From the NCBI GenBank assembly GCA_951406725.2, contig OX597820.1:6882001-6946000 (forward strand): a DNA stretch of 64,000 bases, in the 5' to 3' direction. The position numbers and the translations under genes are program-made. The notes below the pieces were generated by a model. That model saw only the letters and a list, made by a program, of their open reading frames with translations. It searched no databases and was not told the DNA's origin. Shown piece by piece: positions 27,599 through 41,111 of the stretch (position 1 is its first letter; each line of letters begins with the position of its first letter). The stretch comes from Octopus vulgaris. Its lineage: Eukaryota.

Positions 27599-27905
27599 GG
27601 CGCAGAGTGGCTGTGTGGTAAGTAGCTTGCTTACCAACCACATGGTTCGTGGTTCAGTTCCACTGCATGACACCTTGGGCAAGTGTCTTCTATAGCTTCG
27701 GGCTGACCAAAGCCTTGTGCGAGGATTTGGTAGACGGAAACTGAAAAACCCGTCGCATATATATGTATGTGTGTTTGTGTGTATGTGTGTGTGTTTGTCA
27801 CCTCACCATCGCTTGACAACCGATAGAATACAGTCCAGGGGTCGATCTGTTCGACCAAATGCTTTGCTCCAGCATGGCTGTAATCAAATGACTGAAACAA
27901 ATAAA
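27599..27905 (+). mobile_element. SINE S2 with internal deletions
   Basis: ggcgcagagtggctgtgtggtaag head and gactgaaacaa tail. Confidence 0.85.
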
Positions 27906-28001
27906 ACAATATATATATATATATATATATATTTCTATGTATTGGCTTATGATATTCACTGTTTGATTTGCCTAATAGTGGTTTTATCTCTAATTAAATA
28001 C

Positions 28002-28179
28002 GCGAGAATGAAGCAACAAGAATGGATAGGTTTTTAGTACAATCGTTTCATACAAGGACAGGTTTTATTAAAAGTTGCAAAAATTACAGCATATAAACTT
28101 TTGCAACTTTTAATAAAACCTGTCCTTGTATGAAACGATTGTACTAAAAACCTATCCATTCTTGTTGCTTCATTCTCGC
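28002..28179. repeat. Perfect fold-back (81-bp arms, 16-nt loop) retaining the 3' half of a hammerhead (GAAAC-gatt-GTA)
   Basis: 28002-28082 is the reverse complement of 28099-28179; the whole insert 27935-28297 lies in (TA)n. Confidence 0.9.
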
Positions 28180-28296
28180 TTATAATCACCCCACATTACT
28201 GTATTGTTAAATCAGTATAGTTTTTTTTGGTGCATCTAAGTTAGGTACCATATTCAAGTAAATTCATTTAAATTAACTTGAATCTTTATTGCTTTT

Positions 28297-28333
<37 letters not shown>

Positions 28334-28439
28334 GTTGTATAACTGCGAAAGATCATCTATGATATGAATTGCTTTATAGAATCCCTTGTGCGTAGATTTG
28401 GTAATGGAACCTGAAGGAAGCCCGTTGTATATGCATGTG

Positions 28440-28850
28440 GTGTAATTCCAGCGATAGAGAATGAGTAAGAAGAAGGCTGCTTCAGAAGACTGTTACCTCC
28501 CCTTGCCTCACACAGCTTTGGGAGGCAGTAAATCAAGAAATACGCTGGCAGACAGGAACTGCTCCTTGCAGTTATCAAATATGAAAACTTGTCTGTTAGA
28601 GTCACGTATTCTGTTACAATCCCCATCACAAAACTATTCTTCAGGGCAACAGCTGAGGAGGCTGAAAGACAGACAGGCAGAAAAAAAAAACTCGGTTTGA
28701 CGACATCAAAAACGAGACGGATGAGAACACAGCCAACCTGCTACATATGACAGGGAGCTGAGACCTGTGGCGACAGTTGGCTATGAAAGCGTCTGGGGTC
28801 ACACCCGAACGGCTATCTGCATCAGTTAAGGGATCTTGATGAGGATGAAT
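28440..28850 (+). mobile_element. RTE-clade LINE 3' end (decayed)
   Basis: ELLLAVIK...TILQG......RQ.KK..FDDIK.....NLLHMT...DLWRQL. Confidence 0.7.
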
Positions 28851-29020
28851 GCGAAATACACTTATTTTAGAGAGAACTAGTTTCTTATAATAAAAGTCAT
28901 ATTATTTAAAATATCGCTGTGCAGAAAGGATATCGTCTCAGATAAATTATCAACAAGCACGATGAACTATATATCATTCTTATCACATATACCTGAATCT
29001 CTCTGTCTCCCCATCTCTCT

Positions 29021-29067
<47 letters not shown>

Positions 29068-29203
29068 TCAGCCGAAATTGCGAGGATGATCCGGTTCTTG
29101 ACTGAAGATTGAAGGGTTCGAATGTCCCGTCCGTTTTTTGTATCGTCTTCTAAATGTTTTACGTTCTTGTCCCAGTTTGTATTTTTCTACATAAAATTAT
29201 ATA

Positions 29204-29290
<87 letters not shown>

Positions 29291-29559
29291 AATAATACAT
29301 GAGTGCATGTATGTGTATATAATAATAATATGTGTGTGTGTGTATATATATGTATATATACAAAAATTATATAATTATGAATATAATTATAATTAGAGTT
29401 TAGCATAAATTTGCTTCACCATTTACCGAAATTTAGAAATCGCAGTTAAAACTAACGATTTCACTACTATAAGAAAATCTCCCAAACAACAATACTCAAC
29501 AGCCCACGTAGGTAGCGAGAAGAAGTAACGAATTCTACCGGCTTCGAATCCACCTAGGT

Positions 29560-30200
29560 TATCAAATAAAAAGTGCTGTTCAAGGAGCTGCTTTCCAAGT
29601 CTTATGATGTTATCAGCCTCATGTATGCAAACTTGATCAAGGGATGCACTTCGACGCTTGGTAGTTAAAAGATGTTGTCGAAGGGATATGATGCTACATT
29701 CAAAGACATGTTGGATCGATGTTAAGCCTCTTCCTCCTTGTTTTCGTTTTAGGTAGATGCGGTCTACATCACTGTTTATGTGAAAATTATTGTGCTTGTT
29801 AGTATTGTTCGAGTTTTCACATCAATGGCTCGAATCCCACCAAGCGTCCAATGAAAGAGTTCAAATGTTGGTATGAGTACTGGCACTGCAAACACATTGT
29901 GGGCCACTGTTTTATTAAATGCAGAGAGTTCTGAGATCCAAATCTTCTTTATTCGGCTGTAATATTCTTTAGTGACACGTGTTTTGTTACAGGTGCCATT
30001 GTAAGATGTATTTTCATCCACCCCTAAATACCTGTAACATTCCTTGTGCGATGCAGGCGAAACAGTCAAGTCATTGATGGAGATGCTGCTTGTCTGGTTT
30101 ATAGTTTTCCCTCTTTTCACAACCATATAACAACATTTATCCTAACTGATCTCCAATCCTACATCCTTTGAGAATGTTGTAACTAGGTCAAGGCTCTTTT
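29560..30200 (-). mobile_element. R4/Dong-clade RT thumb-region fragment
   Basis: YRYLG..EYYSRIKKIWISELSAFNKTVAHNVFAVPVL..W...DVKTR followed by SDVDRIYLKRKQGGRGL. Confidence 0.85.
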
Positions 30201-30865
30201 TCATCTCATGCGTATGTATGTATGTATGTACGTACGCACGCCTCTTTGGTCACATCTGCATATGGTTATCTTCCAAACATCTACCAGGGTTAAAGAAAAT
30301 TGGAGAACGTGGTAAAGTAAATTTTTTAAAAAGTAAGACCGTGGGTTGAAGAGGTATTGTGGGAACGTGAACGTGGGAGAGGAAGAGGATGAGGCGTGGT
30401 GGGGGAGAAGGTAGTGCGGGTTAAGGGTAGCATTATGCTGATCATACTGAAAACGAGGAGGAGAAATTGATGCTGGAAGTAAAGATGAAGACAACAATGA
30501 TAATGATCACAATGAGGAGGACAACGAGGGTGGTGGTGGTGGTGGTGGTGAGGAGGGGGATGGTGGAAGTGGTGATGATGATCATCACGCTTGCGGTGGT
30601 GATGGTAGTCTTAATATTGATGGGGTGATGGGGATGATGACGGTTTCGTGCCACAAAGTATGATACAGTAAATGTTTCAGAGGGTGGAAGGTTCAGGGAG
30701 AGAGAGAGAGAGACGGAGGGAGAGAGGAGAGAAGGAGAGAGAGAGAGAGAAGAAGAGAGAGAAGGAGAGAGAAGGAGAGAGAGAGAGAGACAAAGTGAAA
30801 AAAGAATAAAAGAGAGAAAAAGAGAGAGTGTGTGTATGTGTGTATGAGTGAAGGAAATGCGTCTC

Positions 30866-30896
<31 letters not shown>

Positions 30897-32138
30897 TTGT
30901 GTGATGGAGAAACCCGACATAAAATGTAAAAACGAAAAGAAAAATTAACAAATAAGGAAAACAAAACAAATACAAACACGAAGAATGTATAAAAAATAAC
31001 TGTAATGAATCTTGCTATTGAAAGAGAGAGACAGAGGGAGAGACAGAGGGAGAGAGACAGAAGGAGAGAGAGGAGAGAGAGACAGAAGGAGAGAGAGAGA
31101 AGAGAGGGACAGAAAGAGAGAGAGAAGAGAGAGACAGAAGGAGAGAGAGGAGATATGGAGGCCGAGTTAGTGAGAGATTCTCGAACAAGGCAACATTAGA
31201 AATATAACAACACAGAACGCCTCTGTATCTATGATTGTTTTTGCAGTTTACATTCCTGCATTCTTTTATTCTCTCATTCTTACATTCTTAGAAGATGCTA
31301 GATTTCTTTGACATAAAGAAAGCCATGTTATTGAAGCTGACGTGACCATCACATAGAACGAATCTCTTTTAAGGAAATTCTAGTGTCGTTCATGTCTTAG
31401 GTGTTGTTGTTGTTTTTTTTGCGGTTTTTCTTTATTGTTCTTTGTACTTTTATTGTTGTTCTTGTTCTTCGTCCTCATATTTGTGGTGCTTTTGTTGGTG
31501 TCAGTTCGTGTACATTAACGTTGTTACTCTTGTTGTTATTGTTCTTGTTGTTGTTATGCATTATCTCTTCTTTTTTCTATGTATTACGTTGTGTACATCC
31601 GGACTACGCTGTCTGAGGTAGTTTTAAGACTATAGAATCTGAATCGAGCGATATTTGGCTGTTATTTCTCGAACAAAGTTGGTCCGATCATAACGTGATT
31701 TGAGATTGTGACTCTGCGACGTCTTGAGCAAGTTCCTCTAAGATTGATCCAAATCTTGTCAGTAAAATATGGTAATAGTCAGAGGGTGGTATCATTCTTT
31801 TCTTCCGATGCCGGACAAATTCTGGTACCAGGTGTAACACCACCCACCTGGGTATTGGGACAGATTCTGGTTGGAGGCTAATGTTTTTCCTTCCGAACCA
31901 ATTAAATTTCTAGATTCTTAAAACGAACCCAGGTGGCGCTGTCATACCAACAACAGACAAAACATTACACACAGACATCTCACCGCTCCAGTAATATCCA
32001 TTGTCTTTTACTTGTCTCAGTCAAACTACGGCCATGCTGGGGCACCACCATGCTGAATTTTTAGTCGAATGAATCGGCTCCAGTATCTTTTCCTTTTAAA
32101 TACTGGTACTTATTCAATTAGTCTCTATTGCCGAATTA

Positions 32139-32240
32139 CAGGGACATAAACACACCAACACCGAGTCTCAGGCAGGGACATAAACACACCAACACCGAGT
32201 CTCAGGCAGGGACATAAACACACCAGCACCGGGTCTCAGG
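32139..32240. repeat. Three tandem copies of a 34-bp unit inside an S2 SINE remnant
   Basis: cagggacataaacacaccaacaccgagtctcagg x3, no spacers. Confidence 0.9.
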
Positions 32241-32433
32241 CAGTGGTGGGTAAGACACAAGCACAAAGACATACACACGCGCGGTTTCCGATCCCGTCCC
32301 ACTGCGCAGCACCTTGGGCAAATGGTTTTTTGCTATGGACCAACCAAAGTCTTGTGAGTGGATTTGGTTTACAGAATCTGAAAGAAGACTGTCGTGTGTA
32401 CACATACACACATATATGTGTATTCATACTATC

Positions 32434-32468
<35 letters not shown>

Positions 32469-32531
32469 ATGAATACTATATGCATGCATATATACATATG
32501 TATATATGTGTGTGTGTGTGTATATGTGGGT

Positions 32532-32564
<33 letters not shown>

Positions 32565-32634
32565 GTAATGTAATGTTGGCAAATGAAATAGGGATAAGAT
32601 TGTGCATTGTCCGTTTAATTGGAAAATTCTATAT

Positions 32635-32720
32635 GTGGCTGAAGAGTGCTCGACATTTTAAAACTGATGTAATACTTACAGTGTTTAATAAAATGAAGTA
32701 GCATGAAACAATTGTACTAC
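32635..32720 (+). ncRNA. Type I hammerhead ribozyme with extended helix II
   Basis: gtgg-CTGAAGA-gtgct..(hairpin)..agcat-GAAAC-aatt-GTA-ctac; all core nucleotides present; inside TA-flanked insert 32563-32852. Confidence 0.8.
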
Positions 32721-32850
32721 TCTACTTTAGATATCCTTGTTGATTATTTTGATTATAATCACCCCATTTGATTTATATGGATAATACGATACAAAATTCT
32801 GGTACCTTTAGCTTAAGTACCATATTCATCGGAATCCAAATTTTGGTGAA

Positions 32851-32910
<60 letters not shown>

Positions 32911-33584
32911 TACATACATACATACATATGTATGTGTATATATATATATGAATATCTATGGATGTATGTATTTAATTATCTTGTAAACCTGATGACTACA
33001 AACGATTAACTTCTTTTAAAGAATTTCAAACAGGTTTCTCCTACATGTTTCAAGGAAGTAAGACGCATGTACAGCGGATGCAGTCAGCATTTTTGCCAAA
33101 ATAATTAATTATTCCGTTTAACTGCGTCAAATACTGCATTCGTTGATGGATGTAGATTCAGACAGCAAATAGCGATTACCATCCATACAGACACACCTAC
33201 AAAAATACATCGGCGTGAGCGTCTAATATGGGTTTCGGCGTTAGGGTGGGTGTGCATTTGTGTGTACACGTGTTGGAGTATGTGTGGGCGTGTGTGTGTG
33301 CGTGTTGGTGTGTGTATGTGCATGTTGGTGTGTGTGTGTGCGTGTTGGTGTGTGTGTATTCGTGTTAGAGTGTGTGTGTGCTTGTTTGGGTGTGTGTATG
33401 TCTGTGTGCGCGTGTGGTATGTGAACGTGTTGAATATGGATACATAAATGCGCACAGGAGGTGATGGTCATAGGAACGGCATCGAGTTATATTTACGATT
33501 AGTTGATTATATACACAGACATATATATATATATATATATTATATTTATACAACATGTATACGTATTCACATACTTATATGCAT

Positions 33585-33621
<37 letters not shown>

Positions 33622-33810
33622 TGTGTATATTTGAAGATTGATAGATGCTCACATATAAATGTATGCAATTTTATGTATGTATATATAATGAACATATGTA
33701 CAAACATTTGTATGTTAGCGGACACATTCAGACATATATATATATATATGTATGTACACATGTATGTATGTATATATGTATGTGTATTAATATATATATA
33801 TATATATGTG

Positions 33811-33849
<39 letters not shown>

Positions 33850-33957
33850 ATATGTATATACATACATAAATATATATAAACATAAATGTATGTGTATATA
33901 TATATATACACACGTACATATATATATATGTGTGTGTATGCATTTGTGTAAGTATAC

Positions 33958-33997
<40 letters not shown>

Positions 33998-34454
33998 GAA
34001 CGTACATGCAGACGTACATACACACACATAGACAGAATCTGTTGTTTCGACACATATTTCTATTAAAATGATTAATAGTTTTCGGTAAGTGAACAAAAGA
34101 AAGGAAAAGAAGAAAGAATTGGCGGAAGTTCTAAGTAAAAATACCATTCTGTTAAATTATGAAAATTATATGAAATATAACTTGTTAATATCAAATGTCA
34201 AATTAATGTGCAGCAAGTATGGTAGAATCAGCCATTCGATTAGCAGACCATCAAAACAGTTGTTAGAAATGAAATGCAACAAAAGAACAAGAATACATTG
34301 AACACGTCGATAGAGTGTGTCACACCAAATAACATATGTAATACATGACTAATGTGCAAATTTCTCGCTAAAACATTTAAAGAGACTTGCCAATTGTTCG
34401 CTGAATGTTTAATCCGCCATTTGCCTGCACAATATGGCGTGTGTGTGTGCGTGT

Positions 34455-34506
<52 letters not shown>

Positions 34507-34521
34507 ATATAATATATATAC

Positions 34522-34585
<64 letters not shown>

Positions 34586-34798
34586 GTGTACATAAGCGTA
34601 TATATGCGTGTGTATGCTTATTGTTGAACAATCGGAGTCGTTTGCCTTTGATATAACTGAAGTTTATAAAAGTATATCACAGACTATATTATGCAAAGAT
34701 CGCTTCCTTTTTACATGACAGTAGGATGTAAAAGGACTGAGATTTACTGCTATGTCTAGCAGATAGAAGGTCATTTATTGTCTGGTTGGATAATGCTG

Positions 34799-34842
<44 letters not shown>

Positions 34843-35297
34843 AAATTGTTCTGTGAATGTTTAAACAGAAATATGAATGGGAGATGTAAAGTTTAACAAT
34901 CGTTATATTTCCCTTTGATATAATTGTGATACATAAAGAACACTCCATTTTCCTTTAAGACTGTCGGCTGCAGTTTGAAGGAGATTTTGCAACTGTTTCT
35001 CATGACTTGGGGTAAATGTGGTTATTACTTATACAAGGTATATTTAGTCGCCACTTACGAATCGCCGCGTTGAATTGCCTGCACTAATTGAAGCAAAGAC
35101 TAGAAAAGAGCCTAATTCGAAATAAGATTTATGAATGACATGCGATAAATTAGACCTGAGTCCTTTTGAAATCGATGAAACCTAGTGTAATGTCCACATG
35201 GGCCACCGAAACATCTCCTACAAGAAAGTATTTCCTGGTGTTTTCTTTCGTTTGCATTCATACGGTTCATACAGAAAGAGGTAATGGTATATATATA

Positions 35298-36273
35298 TCA
35301 GGTCATCCCATAAGTTCTGTCCGAATTTTGAATTAAAAAATCATATGACCAAATGCTATATCTAACTGAAATTTAATCATCAATGAACTTTCCCTGATTA
35401 TCTATGACTTCCTGCCATCTATTTACAAGCTTTTTAATCTCATCAATATAAAACTCTTTTGGTTTCAAAGCAAAGAACTCTGAAATGTCAGTTTCCACCT
35501 CCTGGCTTGCGAAAGTTATGTCCATCAAATGATTCTGTAAACAACGAAACAAATGGTAGTATGAAGGAGCAAGATCGGGAGAATAAGGTGGATGACGTGA
35601 TCTTTGCCGTGTGGGGTCACGCATTGTCCTGATGAAACATCACTCCTCTTCAATTCACTAAAGCGGTTTTTTTTTCCTTCGAAGCTTGATTCAAACGCTC
35701 TAATTTCTGACAGCAGACTTGAGCATTGATTGTTGCATTGATTGTTGCGAGAATGGAGAGCAGAGCATATGACAACTCGGGATTTGCGTTTGCTTTCGGA
35801 CAATTCATGAGGTATCCATTTTCCAAGTTTAGGAACATTTCCAAGTTGTTGAAGATGGCGGTGAACAGTTGTATGGTTTGAATTACGCTTTATTGCCAAT
35901 TCTTCAACTGATAATGCAGAATTTTCTTCAAGTAATGTCTCAAGGAACTTATCATCAAACTAAACTGGACGTCCTGTTCGATCTTCATCTTCAAGGCTGA
36001 ACTCTCCACTTCTGAATTTTGCAAGCCATCTTCTGCAAGTTCTTTCATTCAAGCATTTCCCCCCATAAAATGAGAGTATGTATCGAGTTGCTTCGACTGC
36101 AGAGTTTCCTTTTTCGTACTCATAAAGCATTATGAGCCTCAAATGCTCTTTGGATACTTCCATGTTAGAAAGGGTTTTAAAGAAATTTTAATTCTATTTG
36201 ATATTCTAAAATACTTCTATATTTCATTCAATATTAAAAAAGTAAAGTCGGACAGAGCTTATGGGATGACCTG

Positions 36274-36274
<1 letters not shown>
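35298..36274 (-). mobile_element. Internally deleted mariner (Tc1/mariner) transposon
   Basis: TIR cAGGTCATCCCATAAG(T/C)TCTGTCCGA at both ends in TA context; transposase pieces HTH (..RW..KFRSGEFSLEDEDRTGRP), WIPHEL, HQDNA, HPPYSPDLAPS.YHLF. Confidence 0.93.
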
Positions 36275-36313
<39 letters not shown>

Positions 36314-36319
36314 TTTTTT

Positions 36320-36545
36320 GGAGGGATGTAAACACACCAGCATCGGTTGTCAAGAAATGGTGGAGGGTCAAACGCTGACAGATTTTTATAAGACGGTCTT
36401 CTTTCAGTTTCCGTCTACCAAATCCACTCACAAGGCTTTGGTCGGCCTGAGGCTATAGGAGAAGACACTTGCCGAAGGTGCAATGCAGTGGGGCTGAACC
36501 CAGAACTAGGTAGTTGAGAAGCATGCTTCTTACCACACAGCCATA
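36320..36545 (-). mobile_element. SINE S2, partial
   Basis: tttcagtttccgtctaccaaatccactcacaaggctttggtcggcc..accacacagcca. Confidence 0.8.
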
Positions 36546-37326
36546 TGTGTGTACATGTGTATAAATAAATATATATATATATATATATATATTCTCTTTT
36601 ACGTGTTTCCCTCATTACACAGTGGCCATGCTGGGGCGTCGTCTTGAAGAATTTTGTATTCTAAGTTATTGACCCCAGTTGTTGCTATTTTTAAAGCGGG
36701 TACTTATTCTAGAAGGCCTTTTTGCCGAACCCGGAACCGTGCCGTTGAGAAGCTATCTTCTAACCACACAGCTTCGATTATGCAGGTATGTATGTATGTT
36801 TGTATGCATGTATGTGTGTAAGTGTGTGTGTAGGTGTATGTACGTGTCTGTGTGCGTGTGTGTATGTGTGAGTGAGTGAGTGTAGCGAGAGGAATATGTT
36901 TACAGTGGCACCAAATTTCGGCTTTCTCGCTCTTGCCACACTGTCAGGCTCATAGAAATTGATATATATATATATAATTATATACATATATATAGAAATT
37001 GATATACATATATATACAGGGGGAGATATAGAAATTTAATGTAGAAAGACGGCCTTAGACACAAACACTTATGAGAGAGACAGAGAGAGAGAGGGGGAAA
37101 AAGAGAGAGAGGGATGCTAGATAGATAGATAGATAGATAGAAGAGAAAATCAGTATGGAAAGATAAGAACAATATCGGATATGTAGGGGTTTTAAAGATT
37201 ATATTGACAAAAAGGCGTTGGGTAAATACATATATGCGTGCGCACGCGCGTGTATCAGGAGTATGCGTGCATGTATATGCATATATACTTATATACACAC
37301 ACATATATACGTTTATGCATGTATGT

Positions 37327-37377
<51 letters not shown>

Positions 37378-37380
<3 letters not shown>

Positions 37381-37513
37381 AGAGCTTACGAAAAAACAAA
37401 AGACGAAGACAGGTGGTGTACAAAACAAACAGATGTATTAGTATAACACTCAGGAATAGAAAAAGTCTTTTAGGTTTCGAGCCTACGCTCATCTACAGAA
37501 AGGGACACAGAAA
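37378..37513 (-). mobile_element. Family A element, copy 2
   Basis: Near-identical to 3455-3590; flanked by (TA)n. Confidence 0.75.
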
Positions 37514-38267
37514 CATATATATATATTTATATATATATACATATATATAAATCACCAACTCCACTCCGAGTTTCACCGGTCACTCTATCAATTGTCAGAA
37601 ACACAAAAATGTCTAATTAAATTTGAAATCGTGCTTTTAGCTTCTCATATCCCGCTCTATTTTGAAGTCATCCAGTACCTTCCTTCTCTCTCTCTCGTAT
37701 TCGGTGACATATATCCATTCTTTAATCATGTATATCTATACCCATTCGTGGTATATCCGCTCCATGTGCATGGGTGTGTAGGGCGGGTATGCATGGCATA
37801 TGCACGCATGTTGCCTATCGCATTTGTCGCGTAACCCATCGAATCTTGATAGGATGGAAACCCCCCGCACAACCCCCACGCATAGCATAGAACACTACTA
37901 AGACGGATCGCTATTTCTATGAGATGTCGAATAATGAGGTTGTTAAGGAGAAGGATTGAGTATGGATAAGACGGTTGGCTTAACGGTGATGGAGGTGGTG
38001 GTGGTGGTGGGGAGGCTACGGTGGAAGGTGGAGTTGTAGTGGAGAAGTCAAGACTTAGATTAACATCACAAACAAACTACACAATTCCAGAAACCCCTCC
38101 TCTTCGTTTTTCTTTCTTTTTTTTTTACATAATACAGGCAGGAGATAGAAAGACAACAGAAAGATGTGGCAATAGAGATACATCATCAACATCATCAACA
38201 TCAACAACACCAACCAGCAACAACAACAACAACAGCGGCGTAAACCAAGATTCGATTGAGAAAACAG

Positions 38268-38340
38268 CTCGGCAGCCATTTTAATCGCTACAGCGGATAT
38301 TGTAATGCTGTCACGTGATCAGCTTCTGTTCGACATCCTT
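38268..38340 (-). promoter_or_regulatory. Possible promoter/TSS-like island (YY1-like AAAATGGCTG plus E-box GTCACGTGAT)
   Basis: Motifs seen in locally CpG-richer unique sequence; no transcript evidence. Confidence 0.25.
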
Positions 38341-39094
38341 GCATTGTCACTTTAATACGATTACTTGCGAACAAAGTCGTAATCCAGAATCTCCTCCAAT
38401 GCAATGCGTTGTATAGGAGTATGTGCAGTGATTGTGTGTTTGTATGTGTGTGTTTGTGTTTGTATGTGTGTTTACGTGTGTGTGTGTTTGTTTTTAGGTG
38501 TGTGTGTGTGTTTGTGTGCGTAGTTTTATTTGCTTTGCTTTGTTTAGATATATTCCTTGTTTATTCATTCAATTTTACCTTTTATTTATCTTTTATTCTT
38601 GATTTATATTTTCATTTATTTATTTATACGTGTAGTTATTTGGTTATGAAGGCATCGCAGACGATAATCGATGAGAGACGAGTATACTATAAATGGCGAA
38701 AGTATCACAATGAACAATTCCTTTCCATTGTACTATTTCGAGCGACAAGATTTTCTTAGTTTTATTAGTGATACATGTATTGTCGTTGTAGTTGTCCCCG
38801 TTATCGTTGATGGCGATGTAGTTGTTGTTGTCGTTGTGGTTGTTGTTGCGCTTGTTGTTGGAGTTGTCAGTTATTCACAAAATAGGTTCGGTTTATGTTT
38901 TAAGCATGGAGTTCTTAACACAATCGCTGTACGACTTTATTATCATTCAAGGAACATGCCAATACATACATGCGTCAGTGCACACTCGCCCGCATACACA
39001 GCTAATATATACACCCATTTACATACGTACACAATTACACACTTGCATATATATATATATATGGGAGGTTAAATAATAATAATAATAATAATGA

Positions 39095-39545
39095 TCCTTT
39101 CTAATATAGAAAAAACGCGAGTAGGAATACAGTAAGTTCATCGATAATATCGGCTCCAGTATTTGACTGGTATTAATTTTATCGACTCTGAATAGATGAA
39201 ATGCAAAATCAACGACTGAAGAACTTAAACTCAGAACCTAAAGAGCCGGAAGAGATAACGGTAAGCATTTTCTTCCGGCCTTCTAACAAGTCTGATTGCT
39301 CGCCATCTTTATAATAATAATAATTATTATTATTATCATTATTATTACAGAATAGTCAGTATGCCGGGCGAAATGCTTCGTGGTATTTCGCCCGGTCTTT
39401 ACTTTCCGAGTTCAACTTCCGCTGAGGTCGACGTTGCCTTTCATACATTCGGGGTCATTAAATTAAGTACCAGTGAAATACTTGCGTCGATGCAATTTAC
39501 TAGTCCCCTCCCCTAAATTTCAAGCCATTTGCTTACAGTAGAAAT
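39095..39545. mobile_element. Two oppositely oriented degenerate S1 SINEs around an (AAT)n tract
   Basis: 39095-39305 (minus) and 39355-39545 (plus) match S1. Confidence 0.7.
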
Positions 39546-40048
39546 CACTATTATTATTATTATTATTTTTATTATTTTCATTATTATTATTATTATCATC
39601 ATTAAGTGAGAGAGCAGTGCATGCCATCAAAGTGACACTGGGGTAAAATATACAAAGCCCAGTATACCCATCATTACTACTCGTCTGATAAGGGTACACT
39701 AGGCACATGCATCACAACCATATGTGCGCAACATGGTGATCTCATATCAAGATAAACAGCACATGACCTTGCAGGTGGGGCCCAGTTAGAATTTTCTTCT
39801 GGTCGAGTAACCCATCCTGCTCAAAAGGTCCCTGAATAAGGGTTGTTTAAGGATGTTGAACGAAACAACCATGTTTCCAGAGGTGAATTATCCAAACCTC
39901 CAAGGATTCCTTTCAAAACATGGCTATGATGCTCCCCCACTACTTCTGTTCGTGATTAGAGTTGCACATATCGTCAGGCACTAAGGGACATGGTCAACTG
40001 GTTAAGGTCAAGTAACTGACAAGTAAATCTGTGGTACTGAGCAGAATA

Positions 40049-40280
40049 AGGCGGCGAGCTGGCAGAAACGTTAGCACGTCGGACGAAATGCTTAGCGGTA
40101 TTTTGTCTGCCGCTACGTTTTGAGTTCAAATTCCGCCGAGGTCGACTTTGTCTTTCATCCGTTCGGGATCGATTACATAAGTACCATTTACGCACTGGGG
40201 TCGATTTAATCAACTTGAACCGTTTATCTGTCCTTGTTTGCCCCTTCTGTGTTTAGCCCCTTGTGGGTAGTAAAGAACTA
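40049..40280 (+). mobile_element. SINE S1, full-length
   Basis: ggcggcgagctggcagaaacgttagc..gagttcaaattcc..ttgtgggtagtaaagaa. Confidence 0.9.
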
Positions 40281-40289
40281 GACTGTTGG

Positions 40290-40610
40290 AAAAGAAGAGA
40301 ATCCTAACATCGAGCTTTAGCAAGTTACCTTAGATGCCAAGAACCCTCCTAAGTACCCTAACTGTCCATCATAACAGTTTTCTGGAGCTGTACTGGGTTT
40401 TATGCCTGTCTCCTCTATCCATCTGTTCAAATCTTTAACGATAGTTTCCAATACACATATAACCGCAATACGTTCTACCCGCACTTTCCGCAGTCTCTGT
40501 AATTCAATAGATAGGTCCTGGTACTTTGCTATTTTTCTATACCTTTCATATTAAACTTTTCATCAAGTGCGACCGTAAAGTCAATTATCTGGCTCTTTGC
40601 ATTACCCTAG
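40290..40610 (-). mobile_element. R4/Dong-clade RLE C-terminal fragment
   Basis: QIIDFTVALD...KYQDLSIELQRLRKVRVERIAVI. Confidence 0.6.
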
Positions 40611-41111
40611 CTTCTATTATTCTATAAGTTATGTTATAAAATGTTAAAGTATCCTAGCTGTTAAAGAATGTTCAAGTCTCACAACATACGTTTCGTACGT
40701 TCTCGCACTTTAGGTTTTTATTATTATTAGCATTATCATTACCATTATTACCTTTTTCAATTCTGTTTCCATTTCTTGCCGAGTGTCATCCTGACACTTA
40801 GGACAGAGAGACTCAATGTATCCATTGGTATGTCATTAAAATAATCACACCAGATTGTTCATTTAGAAAGACATATGATAGAGAAAATAAGGAACAAAGA
40901 CATTACTATTATTATTTTTTAAGGCGTCGCACAATATCCAAAATCGTGATTGAAGACTCCGGGTGTTTGTACAGTCTGTCAAATCACAAGGAGCTGAAAC
41001 AGTGCTTCATGCAATCGTTGGGCACTTCCAAGTTAAAAAGGGAGAAAAAGATTCATGCGTGGGCCTAGCGGATTTGTGTTCTGGAAAGAAAGGAAAGGAG
41101 GACGACGAGAC

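Noticed and set aside
29063-29197. TA-flanked insert containing CTGAAGA as a hammerhead
   Set aside because: No GAAA at the proper position and no helix I/III pairing; probably only an element tail
32139-32240. 34-bp repeats as a CRISPR array
   Set aside because: Head-to-tail with no spacers, inside a SINE remnant, eukaryotic context, no cas genes
38021-38284. 87-aa ORF or polyQ/H frame as a coding exon
   Set aside because: Low complexity, short, no recognisable domain; kept only as a weak regulatory candidate
39600-40045. GC-balanced segment next to (AAT)n, possibly a LINE 3' UTR
   Set aside because: No second copy or protein motif in the window to classify it
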